Origin: a virus
Taxonomy: Duplodnaviria; Caudoviricetes
Virus record (IMG/VR): IMGVR_UViG_3300026926_000001
Span: 1 to 53,795 of that record
Reading direction: 5' to 3' (one strand)
Length of the DNA stretch: 53,795 nucleotides
Position numbers and translations under genes: made by a program
Notes under the pieces: generated by a model
What the model was told of the DNA's origin: nothing
What the model saw: only the letters and a program-made list of their open reading frames with translations
The model's database searches: none
Shown: positions 17,727-28,603 of the stretch, one piece after another
Layout of the letters: every line of letters starts with the position of its first letter
Position numbering within the stretch: the stretch's first letter is position 1

Positions 17727-18590
17727 ATGATCATCCTGGCTATACGGGTAAGCAACATAGGCGAGATCATAATGGATTTCGACCAGATGCGCGTGTACCG
17801 TGATGCCACTCAGGATGCTGCGTTCTCCGATCCGGCCATTGGGACTATCCAGTTGGTAGCTACCCAGACGGATTACGAGTATGATGACCCGGACGGGCAA
17901 CAGACTGACTGGTACACCATAACGTACTACAACAGCACAGATAGCACTGAGAGTGAGAAATCGCTGCCCTTTCAAGGTATTCCTGCCGAGGGGCCTCTGG
18001 GTCTTCTTACACCAGACTACATTCGCGCAAACACAGATTTTCCCGCGCTGGCAGCAATGACAGATGCCAAGTTGTGGAATTACATCTGGCGTGCCGAGGC
18101 TCTGATCTACAGTTGGGGTCAACAGTATGGTGGTTTCTGTGTTGTAGACAAACCCAACTGGAATGTAATGGCGCGTATAGCTGCCCAGATGGTCGTAGAG
18201 CAGCTATACATTACCAACAACCCCATTGCGCGAGCGCGTAGGGTTAGTGGCGTACAGAGCGAGCGGATTGGCTCGTACAGCTATACCCTGCAAAGCGGTA
18301 GTGCAAACTACGACATGCAGACTGCCAACAATCCGTATGCCTTTGGTGCTGAACCTCTGGCAATCTTGGGATACTACACCTGTGGCACTAGCTCCCTGGT
18401 CCATATGAAGGCCACACAGGTGTTTGTCGAGTTAGCTCCCATCGCAGGCTATCCGCTTACTCCACAGTACGTTGGTGTGGAAGTGCGACCGTGGCACGAC
18501 TATATGGATCTTGAACTGATGCGTGGCGTCATGTTCCCAGGTAGCTTGCGGTTGAGAGGCTATAACTTCGGCACTAAGGATCCAGCCTGA
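17727..18590 (+). CDS. Head-tail adaptor with N-terminal beta domain
   Basis: SERIGSYSYT motif; position. Confidence 0.65.
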   Translation: MIILAIRVSNIGEIIMDFDQMRVYRDATQDAAFSDPAIGTIQLVATQTDYEYDDPDGQQTDWYTITYYNSTDSTESEKSLPFQGIPAEGPLGLLTPDYIRANTDFPALAAMTDAKLWNYIWRAEALIYSWGQQYGGFCVVDKPNWNVMARIAAQMVVEQLYITNNPIARARRVSGVQSERIGSYSYTLQSGSANYDMQTANNPYAFGAEPLAILGYYTCGTSSLVHMKATQVFVELAPIAGYPLTPQYVGVEVRPWHDYMDLELMRGVMFPGSLRLRGYNFGTKDPA

Positions 18591-18952
18591 TGCCGTTGTT
18601 CAATCTGCTAGACAGGGTGTGTGATATCTACGGCATGACCCCTGGCGACCCAGAGACAGAAAACTCTGAGGATACAGAGGGTATTGTGTTCTCTGGCGTG
18701 GCATGCAGAGTAGACAGCATCCTGTACAGACGTGCCAGCACAGAAGCTGCCGTTACGGGTGGTGCGCAGGGCGTCAAGCGTGCCGTTATATTCCTTCAGG
18801 ATCAAAGACTTCAGTACCCAACCAACTTCAACGAAAACAACTGGATAGTACAGAACGGCGTAGAGTACCAGATACTATCCATTGACGAAGCAGACGACAT
18901 GTTCCAAATGCATCACTACGAGGTGAATGCGCAAGCAGGTAGGTTCCGCTGA
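18590..18952 (+). CDS. Head closure/stopper protein
   Basis: 120 aa beta-rich, HHYEV; position. Confidence 0.7.
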   Translation: MPLFNLLDRVCDIYGMTPGDPETENSEDTEGIVFSGVACRVDSILYRRASTEAAVTGGAQGVKRAVIFLQDQRLQYPTNFNENNWIVQNGVEYQILSIDEADDMFQMHHYEVNAQAGRFR

Positions 18953-19704
18953 TGCCACCTAATCCCTTTGCTATGTACCAGAGCTCTGGGCAGACGTTTA
19001 CTCAGAGAGGTCGTGCTGGTAGGACAGGTGTTAGCTATGCCAGGGACAAAATCAACGACTGGCAGGGTCCTATCGAAGATATGGCCGCTCTTAGTGCTCG
19101 TCTACTGGTTGTTGGCCGTGATGCAGCCGTGGAACTGGCCGATGCACTGACCCAGAACACCAAAGATGCTATTCGCAGACATATGCCAGCTCCAGGGTGG
19201 CGACCGCGTGAAAGCACTGGTGAACCCTTTGAGTACTCCAAAGGCAGACTACACGCTGCCTGGGGTCGCTATACACCAGAGTCCATGCGTGGTGAAGTAG
19301 ATGAACACGACATGGTGCCTATCCAGTACAAGCACGAAGCCTGGTGCGAGGAGAACGGTGTCGCTGGTGGCCCACCTGAAGAAGGTGCTGACATTGGTGA
19401 AGAAATAGAAGTCCAGATGGCTGCTTTTACTGAGATCAAACGTATCAAGGCCAGTGCTTGGACGGCAGAAGTGGGTACGTTCTTGCCATATGCTGGTCTG
19501 GTAAACGATGGTGGCACCATGATGATCTACCCGTATGGTAACCGTGGTGCTAGGCCAGTGACGGCGCACTGGGAAGGCGTACATTTTATCGAAGAGGGTA
19601 TAGCTGCGACAGAAGCCCAGATTGACGACATTGTCGAAGGCAGTGTTCAGTCTGCACTGGATGCACGGCCCAACAGGCGCAGGAACCCAAGACGCCGTGG
19701 TTAG
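18952..19704 (+). CDS. Neck/tail completion protein (HK97 gp10-like)
   Basis: GRLHAAW, VGTFLPYAGLVNDG, HFIEEG. Confidence 0.7.
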   Translation: MPPNPFAMYQSSGQTFTQRGRAGRTGVSYARDKINDWQGPIEDMAALSARLLVVGRDAAVELADALTQNTKDAIRRHMPAPGWRPRESTGEPFEYSKGRLHAAWGRYTPESMRGEVDEHDMVPIQYKHEAWCEENGVAGGPPEEGADIGEEIEVQMAAFTEIKRIKASAWTAEVGTFLPYAGLVNDGGTMMIYPYGNRGARPVTAHWEGVHFIEEGIAATEAQIDDIVEGSVQSALDARPNRRRNPRRRG

Positions 19705-20578
19705 GTCTACAGCTACAATCGATCTTGAGGAGCAATTTCGCTCTATCAAGCATGCCATCTGGTGTGTGTACCCAACTGGTTCCAAAGTACGTGTTCTGGA
19801 AGACAGGCCAGACGTATTGATGCGTCCAAGCTGGCGTGTCACCTACCTAACCCACCGCGACGAGCAACTCACATCGCGCAGATTCAGACAAGTAGTTGAT
19901 TGGACGATTGATTACTATGGCATGAACCGCGCAGACACTATGGACAGATTGAATTCTTTCGAGCGTTCTATGAAGTTTGGAGGCTCACGTTTTAGATTAG
20001 TCAACCTCATACCAGCATGGCGGTTTGATTGGCAATATCCTCCCGTACAGCTAGATACACTGACTACAGGCACGCTTAGTCCAGCAACGTATCAGGTGCG
20101 CGTTAGCGCCATAGACGTAGCGGGCAATGAAAGTGCAGCCAGTGTAGCCCAGGCAGTGGATGTAGCCGATCCTGACAACGCTATACACGTCCGTGTGCCC
20201 CGCGTGCCCTATAGCTCACCATTGTTCAAGCAGTTCAACGTCTTTGTCAACGGTTCCCAAGAAGCAACAATACCTCTGCCAGACAGAAATAGTTATCTTT
20301 ACCCAGAGACGGTGATAACCAATCTACTTGGCACAGGAGCAGCCCCTAAAGAACCAAGTGATACAGTTAGGGTACGTTGGCAGAATCTTCGGGTCACGGG
20401 ATTTGCCGCCAGCAGTCGCGAGGATGACGTCAAGAACGGTGTGTATATAGGCAACATCAGCCTACAAACTACCGTGGAACAGGAGCATGATAGAATTCAA
20501 CTGCCTGCTATCGAGTACCTAGAAACAGAGGTCACTCTGAACGTAAGTGACAAGTTCACGATTGTAGTAGAGGCTTAG
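19697..20578 (+). CDS. Tail terminator-like protein with inserted FN3-like domain
   Basis: Position before sheath; YQVRVSAIDVAGNES; GTG 19697 in frame with track ORF 19622. Confidence 0.6.
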   Translation: MVRSTATIDLEEQFRSIKHAIWCVYPTGSKVRVLEDRPDVLMRPSWRVTYLTHRDEQLTSRRFRQVVDWTIDYYGMNRADTMDRLNSFERSMKFGGSRFRLVNLIPAWRFDWQYPPVQLDTLTTGTLSPATYQVRVSAIDVAGNESAASVAQAVDVADPDNAIHVRVPRVPYSSPLFKQFNVFVNGSQEATIPLPDRNSYLYPETVITNLLGTGAAPKEPSDTVRVRWQNLRVTGFAASSREDDVKNGVYIGNISLQTTVEQEHDRIQLPAIEYLETEVTLNVSDKFTIVVEA

Positions 20579-20579
20579 T

Positions 20580-20882
20580 ATGACAGAACAGCCCCCAGAG
20601 ACAACTGAAGAAACACCACCTCCACCGCCAGGCTCGCCGTCACCTACGAATGCCGAGCAGGGTGCAAGTGCTACACAGCAGGAGACTCAGTCGCAAACGC
20701 CGCTCAAGCCCAGCGATCATGTCACCTACTCGCAGCAGTTGTACAAGCAACCCAATTTCGTGGTGCAGTCGGTGTTCCACTCCGGAAGGCTAGATCCGAA
20801 CGGCGGTCCTTACACGCAGGCACAGGTTCAGCAAGCCATCGACGCGATGATGCACGAGCCTGACAAGCGATATCAGCAGTAG
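20580..20882 (+). CDS. YqzN/YkzM-like small tail-associated protein
   Basis: YTQAQVQQAIDAMM pattern; directly before sheath as in PBSX-type modules. Confidence 0.5.
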   Translation: MTEQPPETTEETPPPPPGSPSPTNAEQGASATQQETQSQTPLKPSDHVTYSQQLYKQPNFVVQSVFHSGRLDPNGGPYTQAQVQQAIDAMMHEPDKRYQQ

Positions 20883-20894
20883 GAGGCGCAAGTA

Positions 20895-22382
20895 ATGCCA
20901 GGTGGTCCTTGGAGTCCAGCAGCACCTCCGACGCGCCCAGGTCTGTACATCAACTTTATCTCGGATGCTATTGCGGCGATTACCGTAGGTGTCCGGGGTA
21001 GGGTTGCCATGATCGTCAGGTCGTCCTGGGGCAATGCCAATCAGGTGCAAATTCTCGACAGCTTTGCAGACCTGATGAACTACTTCGGTACAGACGAGAC
21101 ACCACCATACAATGCCTATTACGCGGGGCGACAGGCGTTCTTGGGTGGTGCTCGCGAGATCCGCATGTACCGCATCATGGGTTCGGGCGCTCAAAAGGCT
21201 ACCGTTACCCTGAATGATACGTCTGCTACAGCAGTGGCGGCTATCAAATTTGACGCCAAGAACGAAGGCGTAACAGGCAACTCGTTTGTGGTCGAAACGC
21301 GGCCTAACCCTGGTGACACCACCAAGACAGACATCCTGTTTTCAGTTGGGACGACACTGATGGCGGTTTGGACCAGCAGTGTGAATCGTTCCACACCAGG
21401 ACACATGCAGAACTTGGTGGACGTAGTCAACAAGGATACCGCCAATTTCTGGGTCACAGCGTCGTTGCTTGCTGAAGGCAACAGTATTCCTGACACTGCT
21501 CCGCTTACCCTGGCTAGTGGCAGTGATGGCAGTGCGCCCCTGATGCAGGACTATGTGGATTTGATGCAAACTATCGCACTCGAAGCCGACGAGTGGGATG
21601 TGTTTACCATGGATGTCAAGAACTCCGACGTTAGTGGCATCGAATCCACAATGACAACGTGGTTGCAAGACCTGCGCAACGACGGCTACAGGGTCACGAT
21701 GATCACAGGTAGTGACCTTAGTGAAAGTGCCACTACTGCCGAGACCAATGCATCTGGAATCAACTCGGAAGGCGTGCAGTACGTCTATCCTGGCGTGCAG
21801 CAGATGGATTCCAACGGCAATCTGGTGATCAAGCGTGGCGCGGCGTTTGCAGCACAGGTTGCAGGCATCAGGTCTTCTCTCCCGTTGGGCCAGGGTATGA
21901 CATTCTATCCACTACAGGAGGTAGTAGGAATCGAGACAAAGTTCAAGGGTACTACGACTGACCTTCTGATCCAGAATGGTGTGACGGTACTTGGCAGGTC
22001 AAGCTTGCAGTACCATGTCATCAAGGGAGTGACAACCCTGGTGACTCCTGGTCGTGCCCTGGATGGTAACTACATCCCACAGGGCTTCAAGAAGGTCTCG
22101 ATCGTAAATACCTGCGATGCTATTGCGGCGGCAATCGAAATTGCTGCACGCCAGAACTACATTGGGAAAGTCCCCAACGACACGGATGGTCAGCAGGCCA
22201 TAGTTGGTGTGGTGCGCGACTTTCTGCGTGTGATGGCAGGACAACGTGCCATCCGCAATAACTACACGGTGGGCGTAAGCGACACCCGTGAGTCTGCAGG
22301 AGAGCGACTGTATCTTGACATTTCCATGACGGTGGTTGACACAATCGACGTCATCCTTGTCACTGTGAAGGTTGGGACGTAA
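20895..22382 (+). CDS. Tail sheath protein (XkdK-like)
   Basis: RPGLYINF, WG, KGVTTL, FKKVSIV..D, YIGKVPND..GQ. Confidence 0.9.
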   Translation: MPGGPWSPAAPPTRPGLYINFISDAIAAITVGVRGRVAMIVRSSWGNANQVQILDSFADLMNYFGTDETPPYNAYYAGRQAFLGGAREIRMYRIMGSGAQKATVTLNDTSATAVAAIKFDAKNEGVTGNSFVVETRPNPGDTTKTDILFSVGTTLMAVWTSSVNRSTPGHMQNLVDVVNKDTANFWVTASLLAEGNSIPDTAPLTLASGSDGSAPLMQDYVDLMQTIALEADEWDVFTMDVKNSDVSGIESTMTTWLQDLRNDGYRVTMITGSDLSESATTAETNASGINSEGVQYVYPGVQQMDSNGNLVIKRGAAFAAQVAGIRSSLPLGQGMTFYPLQEVVGIETKFKGTTTDLLIQNGVTVLGRSSLQYHVIKGVTTLVTPGRALDGNYIPQGFKKVSIVNTCDAIAAAIEIAARQNYIGKVPNDTDGQQAIVGVVRDFLRVMAGQRAIRNNYTVGVSDTRESAGERLYLDISMTVVDTIDVILVTVKVGT

Positions 22383-22385
22383 CCA

Positions 22386-22859
22386 ATGGCACTGAACCCA
22401 GACCGAACTATCAATGGCTCTTACGGCGAGCTATTCCTGGACGGCATTTGGCAGACCCAGGTACAGCGCGTTGAGGGCCGCATCACAATCAACCGTCGTG
22501 AAGTGCGTCTGGCTGGCGCACGTCAAACGGGCTACAAGGCGACTGGTACTGCTGGTGATGGGACTATCACTGGCTTCAAGGTCACCAGCTACTTCCTGCG
22601 CACCATTGGTGCATATCAGCGCCACAGCCGTAGCCGACAGGTACCGGCTCTCATCCGCTACGAGTTGGACGATCCCGAGGCGTTTGGTGCTGAGGTCGTT
22701 GAGCTGGTAGGCGTGAAATTCTGGGAGGTGCCAATCGGCTTCCAGGTAGACGAATTGGTTGAGGAAGCCATTCCGTTTACCTTCATCAACCACAACATGC
22801 TTTCGTGCATCGACGGAAACCTGCAAGAGTGGGAATCCGAAGGCACGGACTGCACGTAA
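22386..22859 (+). CDS. Tail tube protein (XkdM-like)
   Basis: INGSYGELFLDG, LDDPEAFGAE, EEAIPFTF. Confidence 0.9.
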   Translation: MALNPDRTINGSYGELFLDGIWQTQVQRVEGRITINRREVRLAGARQTGYKATGTAGDGTITGFKVTSYFLRTIGAYQRHSRSRQVPALIRYELDDPEAFGAEVVELVGVKFWEVPIGFQVDELVEEAIPFTFINHNMLSCIDGNLQEWESEGTDCT

Positions 22860-22875
22860 GGAGCAATTGCGGGCA

Positions 22876-23424
22876 ATGACTACTCAGGAAAACGCAGTAC
22901 AGGCAGCAGACGTTCGTACTCCTATGCGTAGGATTGCGGCTAGGCCGGATGTAGACGTGGTACTCACACCCGAGGAAGCTGCTGAGCAATATCATGGTGA
23001 GCCAGTAGATGCTTTGGAGGAACTACTGGCTTACGATTCCAACAAGAAGTTTACAGATGAGCTGGACATGAGCCAGTATGGATTCAAGGCATCCTGGCAA
23101 ATCCAGAACCTGACTGGCCCAGAACATAGCCAGCTCATCGAACGTGCCAGCCGCATAGTAAAAAACACTGGCTCTGGTACCCTCCAGAAGCAAATGGACG
23201 GCCAGAAGTTCCAGGCGTTGGTGGTGGCATATGGTGTAAAGACACCTAACCACAGAGACTCCAAGATTATGAAGAAATACAACATGCGCAACACCCAGGA
23301 AGACCGTCTGGTTCTGGAGATCTACAAGAACCAACCTGGGCTGATGTTGTATGTGTCCAACGCCGTGCTGGAGCTTAGTGGTTTCCACGAGGATTTGGTC
23401 GAGGTCGCCAAAAGCTCTGATTGA
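22876..23424 (+). CDS. Tail assembly chaperone (XkdN-like)
   Basis: SD AAGGAG; PG...VLELSGF...VEVAK ending. Confidence 0.8.
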   Translation: MTTQENAVQAADVRTPMRRIAARPDVDVVLTPEEAAEQYHGEPVDALEELLAYDSNKKFTDELDMSQYGFKASWQIQNLTGPEHSQLIERASRIVKNTGSGTLQKQMDGQKFQALVVAYGVKTPNHRDSKIMKKYNMRNTQEDRLVLEIYKNQPGLMLYVSNAVLELSGFHEDLVEVAKSSD

Positions 23425-23644
23425 GGCGCATCCAGAGACCAATCTGCTGGCTAGGATCTTCCTTGAAACAGGTAGATTCCCACACGAAGTTTATGAGCTA
23501 CCCCGTGGGGAGCGTGCGTTAGTGTACGCTTCTGTTATCACGGGGGCAAAGTTCAATAAGCAGACGGGTGGAAGTCCAGCTAAGAACATCAAGTCGATGC
23601 TGGCAAAAGTGAGGATGGCGAAGGGATTACCTGGTGGCGATTAG
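23410..23644 (+). CDS. Frameshift extension of tail assembly chaperone
   Basis: +1 frame ORF KALIEAHPE...PHEVYELPRGERALVYAS, no good start of its own, abuts tape measure. Confidence 0.65.
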
Positions 23645-26600
23645 ACGGGTCGTTGCTGCTATCGACGTTGTCATCAATGGACAACGTAATCTCGATCGCC
23701 TTGCTCAGGGTTACCTGGCGTTAGAGCGGACGGTTATACGTGCCCAGACCGCTCTAACCAGGACTACCACGTCGACCACGGCTATGGGCCGTGCTTTCAA
23801 TACCATGACCTCTGGCATTCGTGGTGCTACCAGTGCCTTTGGCTCGATGGTAACCACTGTTGAAAGAGGCCGTACAGCCTTAGACCAACAGGGTAGAACC
23901 ACACGCGGTTTGACAGACAACATTCTGTCGCTAACCAAGTCTATGCTCTTATTTTCTGTCTTGCTGCCTGCTGTGCAGATGCCACAGAGAATAATTGAGT
24001 CTTTTGGTGACTTTATCAAAGTTGGCGCAGAGTGGCAGACCCAGATGCGTGCTGCCAATGCGCTGCTGGACCTGAACGAAAAGGCATTCAAGGACTATAA
24101 CGTCCAAGTTCAGCAAATGGCTATCGCTCAAGGGGTTGCCACGGACCAGATGGAAATGTTCGTGACAGCTGCATCTAGTGTTGCAGGTATCAAACAGAAT
24201 ACCCAAGCGATGCAGGCTATGGGTAAAGAAGCCTACAACGCCAGCGTAGCGCTAGAGCTTGCCACGGAATCTGCCAGGCTTGCTCGCGCTACCAATACAC
24301 AGGCAGCAGAGTCCCAGAGCACGTTGATTGAAGTGATGTCTGCCTACAGGTTTGGGCTGGAAGAGACAACTAAAGTTGCAGACTCTCTGTTTGCCATTAC
24401 TGACGTAGGCAACGTGCGCTTTAGGGAATTAGAGAGTACAATTCCGCGTATTACCGCTGCGATGGGACCGTTCATCCAGAATGCCCAGACTGCTGCTGAC
24501 AAGCAGCGCGTGATGAATGAGTCTTTCGCTGCCTTTGCGGCAATGACTCAGGTAATGCCAGCGGATATGGCAGCTACGTCGTTTGCCAATATCTTTAAAG
24601 ATATCTCCCAGATGACAGGCCAGCAGAGATCATTGGTGCAAACCTGGGAGAAGATCAGGGTACAGCAAGGTTTGGGTAGAGACATGAGTCTGGACCCAAC
24701 TGCCTTGATTGAAAATGGCCCGATGGCTGGCCTTATTCAGTTGCGCAAAGTGTTGGACCTGCAAAGTCCGTTGGTTACTGCGTATGTGCAGAATCAGAAA
24801 AGACTAGGCAACACCGCTGACGAAGGCTCACTGCGTATGACGGGCCAGATGCAGATTGCGCAGGCATACTTCGAAGATATGCGTGCTGTGCGTGGTTTTG
24901 TCAGCACCACGCCTGAGCTATTAGAAGCATCTGGGCAAGCATTTGGCGAGAGTAGACAAGGTGGTGTAGAGCGCGGCATCGGGCAGATGGAAAAGACGCT
25001 TACAGATGCCCAGAAAAGATTAGGTGCTGCCTGGACCGCAATACGTACAGCTATCTTTCAGCCGCTAGAAGCACCGATGATTGCGCACATGAATCCAATC
25101 ATCGAGATGTTCAGCAACATGCTAACCAATGTGGATTTCCAAAATGGTAGCGTGCTGAACAAAATTCGCATGGTAGCCAATGCCTTGATGGATTCCTTTA
25201 CTAACTACTTCAGGAGTGGCGGTAGAGGTGAGATTCAGTCAGTAGGCAGAGAAATTGGCACGTTTATCGGCGATTCCATCACTGCATTCTTCCGTGGTGG
25301 TAAAGATAACGTGCTGGTAGAAGCAGCTACGGCATTTGGTGAAGCGTTTGTCTCTGGTATCGGGCAAACGTTGCCAGATATGCTCAAGGCTATCATCACC
25401 AGCAGTCTTACAAGAGCGTTGGCTGAAGGTTTAGCTATCAGCTATGTCACCAAGGGCAGGATACCAGACGTAGCTAGACGAGCATTGGCAGTCGGTGTGC
25501 CAGCCTTGACGTTAGCTGCGTCTGATAATGGTGGCGGAGTAGGCACACCCAACGGTACAGGCATGGATCTTAGTTCTCTAGCCCTGCCTGCTGCTGCTAC
25601 ACTGGTAACTGGAGTCGCTGCAACGGCAGCATTCAGAAGATTTGGTGGCGCACCGATCTTTGGAGCGGGTCTTAACTCTAGATTTGGACCTAATAGTATC
25701 CGAAGTCTTGCTGATGTTGGTGCCTGGCTCTCGCTTGTGTCGCCCATGCGCATGGGTGCTGCTAGAGCTAGAGGCCCGATACCGACTCCACCAACAGGTA
25801 GTGTCTTGGGTAGTCTTGGTAAGGCGATTGGACCAGGTGCTCTCCTGACTGCTGCACAGGTTCTCCCAGAATTGTTGTCTGATGAGTCGGAACGGGAGAA
25901 ATGGGCAGCGATTGGTGGAGGTGTAGGTGGCGTAGGTGGTGGTCTGCTAGGTGTTGTAGGAGGCGGTGGAATTGGTAGTCTTGCGCTTGGCCTAGCAGGT
26001 TCGATTGGTGGCGGCATGTTTGGTAGATGGGCTGGTGGAGCTCTCTACGACCGCTTCCACCCTGCTACTGGTGCTGGCGGAATGCCTGCGGGTGGTGCAG
26101 ACACCATGGATGCCCCTGAGCGTGTTGCAGTTGCAGACATCTTTGCAACTGGCATGGACAACAGTAGTCTGCCAACACTGCTAACCCAGATTCGCGATAT
26201 TCTAATCCGTAGTGGTGGTGGTGCGGTAGGCGGTTTCTCCAGTCCTACTGCTACTACAGGCACTACAAAAACGTCTGCCAACGCTTCTTCAGGTAATCTA
26301 GCCAACAACTTCGTAAATCAGATGGATAGAACGCAGCTAACATATGACCAGACGCAAGCAGCGTGCGGTCCTGCTGCGGCAGCGTTCTTTGCCCAAGCTT
26401 ACGGACGTAACCCAACCCTGAAGGAAGCATACGCACTGATTACCCAGATCCAGGGTGCAGATCCTGCTGCTGCGGGTGTGGGTGGTACACGAGGCGTGGC
26501 TACCATTGGGCAGGCACTCAACAAGATGGGTGTTGGCAACGAAGTCTACACAGGTGCTAACGTAGACTGGGGTAGACTAGCCAATAACGCTCAAGCTGGT

Positions 26601-27041
26601 ATCCCAGGCATTGTGAACATTGGACCTAGCGGTAGATTCCCAGGCCACTTCTTCCAGATTGGTGGTTGGGACCCATCTACCAACAGATTCAATGTTGGCA
26701 CTTCGGGCACTGTGCTCAGCAAGTTTGGCGGCAAGGATTGGATGACGCCACAGGAAATGATGGCGTTGGGTCCAACTATGGGTGCCGTTTACGGTACAGG
26801 CACAGGTGCAGGACCTGGAGTGACAGCAGCAGACGTAGCTTCCATCCAGGGTGCGGGCACAGGCACAGGACCTGGAGAAGGTGGCGGCGGAATTACAATC
26901 AATGTACAAAACCTGATGAATGTAGAGCGTATGGACGGTAACACAGATATCAGGGCGTTGATGGGTCAGATGGCAGATATGCTACGGCAACTGTCCACTG
27001 GTGGTTCTGTTGTTGGGCAGAATGGAACGGTGGCCCCATGA
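23634..27041 (+). CDS. Tape measure protein with C-terminal C39-like peptidase domain
   Basis: 1135 aa Ala/Gly helical; TP901-type core; AACGPAAA...GHFF near C-terminus. Confidence 0.9.
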   Translation: MAIRRVVAAIDVVINGQRNLDRLAQGYLALERTVIRAQTALTRTTTSTTAMGRAFNTMTSGIRGATSAFGSMVTTVERGRTALDQQGRTTRGLTDNILSLTKSMLLFSVLLPAVQMPQRIIESFGDFIKVGAEWQTQMRAANALLDLNEKAFKDYNVQVQQMAIAQGVATDQMEMFVTAASSVAGIKQNTQAMQAMGKEAYNASVALELATESARLARATNTQAAESQSTLIEVMSAYRFGLEETTKVADSLFAITDVGNVRFRELESTIPRITAAMGPFIQNAQTAADKQRVMNESFAAFAAMTQVMPADMAATSFANIFKDISQMTGQQRSLVQTWEKIRVQQGLGRDMSLDPTALIENGPMAGLIQLRKVLDLQSPLVTAYVQNQKRLGNTADEGSLRMTGQMQIAQAYFEDMRAVRGFVSTTPELLEASGQAFGESRQGGVERGIGQMEKTLTDAQKRLGAAWTAIRTAIFQPLEAPMIAHMNPIIEMFSNMLTNVDFQNGSVLNKIRMVANALMDSFTNYFRSGGRGEIQSVGREIGTFIGDSITAFFRGGKDNVLVEAATAFGEAFVSGIGQTLPDMLKAIITSSLTRALAEGLAISYVTKGRIPDVARRALAVGVPALTLAASDNGGGVGTPNGTGMDLSSLALPAAATLVTGVAATAAFRRFGGAPIFGAGLNSRFGPNSIRSLADVGAWLSLVSPMRMGAARARGPIPTPPTGSVLGSLGKAIGPGALLTAAQVLPELLSDESEREKWAAIGGGVGGVGGGLLGVVGGGGIGSLALGLAGSIGGGMFGRWAGGALYDRFHPATGAGGMPAGGADTMDAPERVAVADIFATGMDNSSLPTLLTQIRDILIRSGGGAVGGFSSPTATTGTTKTSANASSGNLANNFVNQMDRTQLTYDQTQAACGPAAAAFFAQAYGRNPTLKEAYALITQIQGADPAAAGVGGTRGVATIGQALNKMGVGNEVYTGANVDWGRLANNAQAGIPGIVNIGPSGRFPGHFFQIGGWDPSTNRFNVGTSGTVLSKFGGKDWMTPQEMMALGPTMGAVYGTGTGAGPGVTAADVASIQGAGTGTGPGEGGGGITINVQNLMNVERMDGNTDIRALMGQMADMLRQLSTGGSVVGQNGTVAP

Positions 27042-28603
27042 GTGAGATGGACCCAGAGACTGGCGAAGGCTTTGATGCCGTACAAGTAGGCGATCAGGTC
27101 TATTTTGATCCAAATGCCCATGATGAAACGTATCCAGGCTCTACTGGTCTTGAAATACGCAAGAAGACCTACTGGCAGGGTGATGTACAGTTTGACACGT
27201 ATGAGACAGTAGGCCCGAAGTTTGGTCCCAAGTGGCCCGACGGTACGCTGCGTGTTTCAGGACTTGGCACAGATACAGATGTCTGGGGTCTGACCGACAA
27301 AGCTCCTCCACCTCCAGGTTATGCCCCCTGGCTACACAACGGAGTCAATGGTCAACCTCAAAATAGTGGTATCTATATATCTTCTGGTACTGGTGGTCCA
27401 CCAGGTGTTGTAGATATAGGCGATGGCGGTCTACATGAGTGGACACCATGCTACGAAGACGATGGTTCTCCAACTATGGGGGACTATTCGGGCCGTTTTT
27501 TTATGGATATCACACTCCTTGGTGCATACGGTGGAGACATCAAGTTTCCCGTAATGCCCGAGGAGTTTGGCGCTGATTTCACCCATGAATACTGGACACC
27601 AAGGGTTATTGGTCTTGGCGAGATCATTATGCCTGGTGGGCAGTCTATGGAGACAATCAGCTGGGATAGCTTCTTCCCTGCTAACTACGATGCCGACTAT
27701 GTCTCTGTAGCACCCACCGAACTAGAGGACCCCAAGTCTCTAACCGCCAGGCTTATCTGGACCATGCGGTTCAAGATGAACTGTATGCTATTGGTAGGTG
27801 GTGGGATTTGGAATGACCAGGTAGTTATCACCAACTTCAACTACAGACACAAAGCTGGTGAGATCGACGACATCTACTATACCATTACCTTGAAGCGTTA
27901 TAGGGCACCAGTAGTCTCTACTTCGCCTAACCCAGACTCACTCAAGGACAGATGGTATAAAGACCCTCGGCAGGGCGACACAGGTACGGCTACACCATCT
28001 GGCACAGACCCAGGTACTTCCGAATCGCCACCTCCAGAGGATGCTAATCCCGATGCAGTAATACCTTTGCCAGATCCTGTGGTAGTGCCGCCTGAAGACC
28101 ACACTGGCGGCAGGGATTCGATGATCAGCATTGAAACTACCACTGTTCTAGGCCAGCCCAAGAAGGATATTAGACAGCCTGGTGGTCCTCACGAAGCTTT
28201 CAGTGAGACTTTTGCACAGGTAGTAGCCAGGGTATCCAGCAAGGGGCCGAACGATATGGCTGCCATGCTTGCTCTGAATCAATGGGTAACCGACAACGAG
28301 TACAATCCATATACAAGTCAGTTGCCAGTAGGATCTGGAGTGAGATACTATCTGCAACAGCCAGCAGCGTCTGCACCAACTACTACGCTACAACCGAGTA
28401 CTAGCACAAGTCTCAGTGGTGCTTATCCAGGTGGTTATCTGTATCCACCAAAGCCACCGGAAGGCACGCCATCACATGGCTCGCCAATAGAGACTGCTTG
28501 GGATTGGTTGAATCAGCGGCCTGATCCTAGCACGGTGCAGCCGCAGACGAACGTACCTGCCAATAAGCCAATCGAGCTACCTCAGTCCCCAATTAGACGC
28601 TAA
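27038..28603 (+). CDS. Tail tube initiator (XkdP-like) with extensions
   Basis: FPVMPEE, IGLGEI, WDSFFP, DIYYTITLKRYR; degenerate LysM-like segment. Confidence 0.75.
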   Translation: MSEMDPETGEGFDAVQVGDQVYFDPNAHDETYPGSTGLEIRKKTYWQGDVQFDTYETVGPKFGPKWPDGTLRVSGLGTDTDVWGLTDKAPPPPGYAPWLHNGVNGQPQNSGIYISSGTGGPPGVVDIGDGGLHEWTPCYEDDGSPTMGDYSGRFFMDITLLGAYGGDIKFPVMPEEFGADFTHEYWTPRVIGLGEIIMPGGQSMETISWDSFFPANYDADYVSVAPTELEDPKSLTARLIWTMRFKMNCMLLVGGGIWNDQVVITNFNYRHKAGEIDDIYYTITLKRYRAPVVSTSPNPDSLKDRWYKDPRQGDTGTATPSGTDPGTSESPPPEDANPDAVIPLPDPVVVPPEDHTGGRDSMISIETTTVLGQPKKDIRQPGGPHEAFSETFAQVVARVSSKGPNDMAAMLALNQWVTDNEYNPYTSQLPVGSGVRYYLQQPAASAPTTTLQPSTSTSLSGAYPGGYLYPPKPPEGTPSHGSPIETAWDWLNQRPDPSTVQPQTNVPANKPIELPQSPIRR

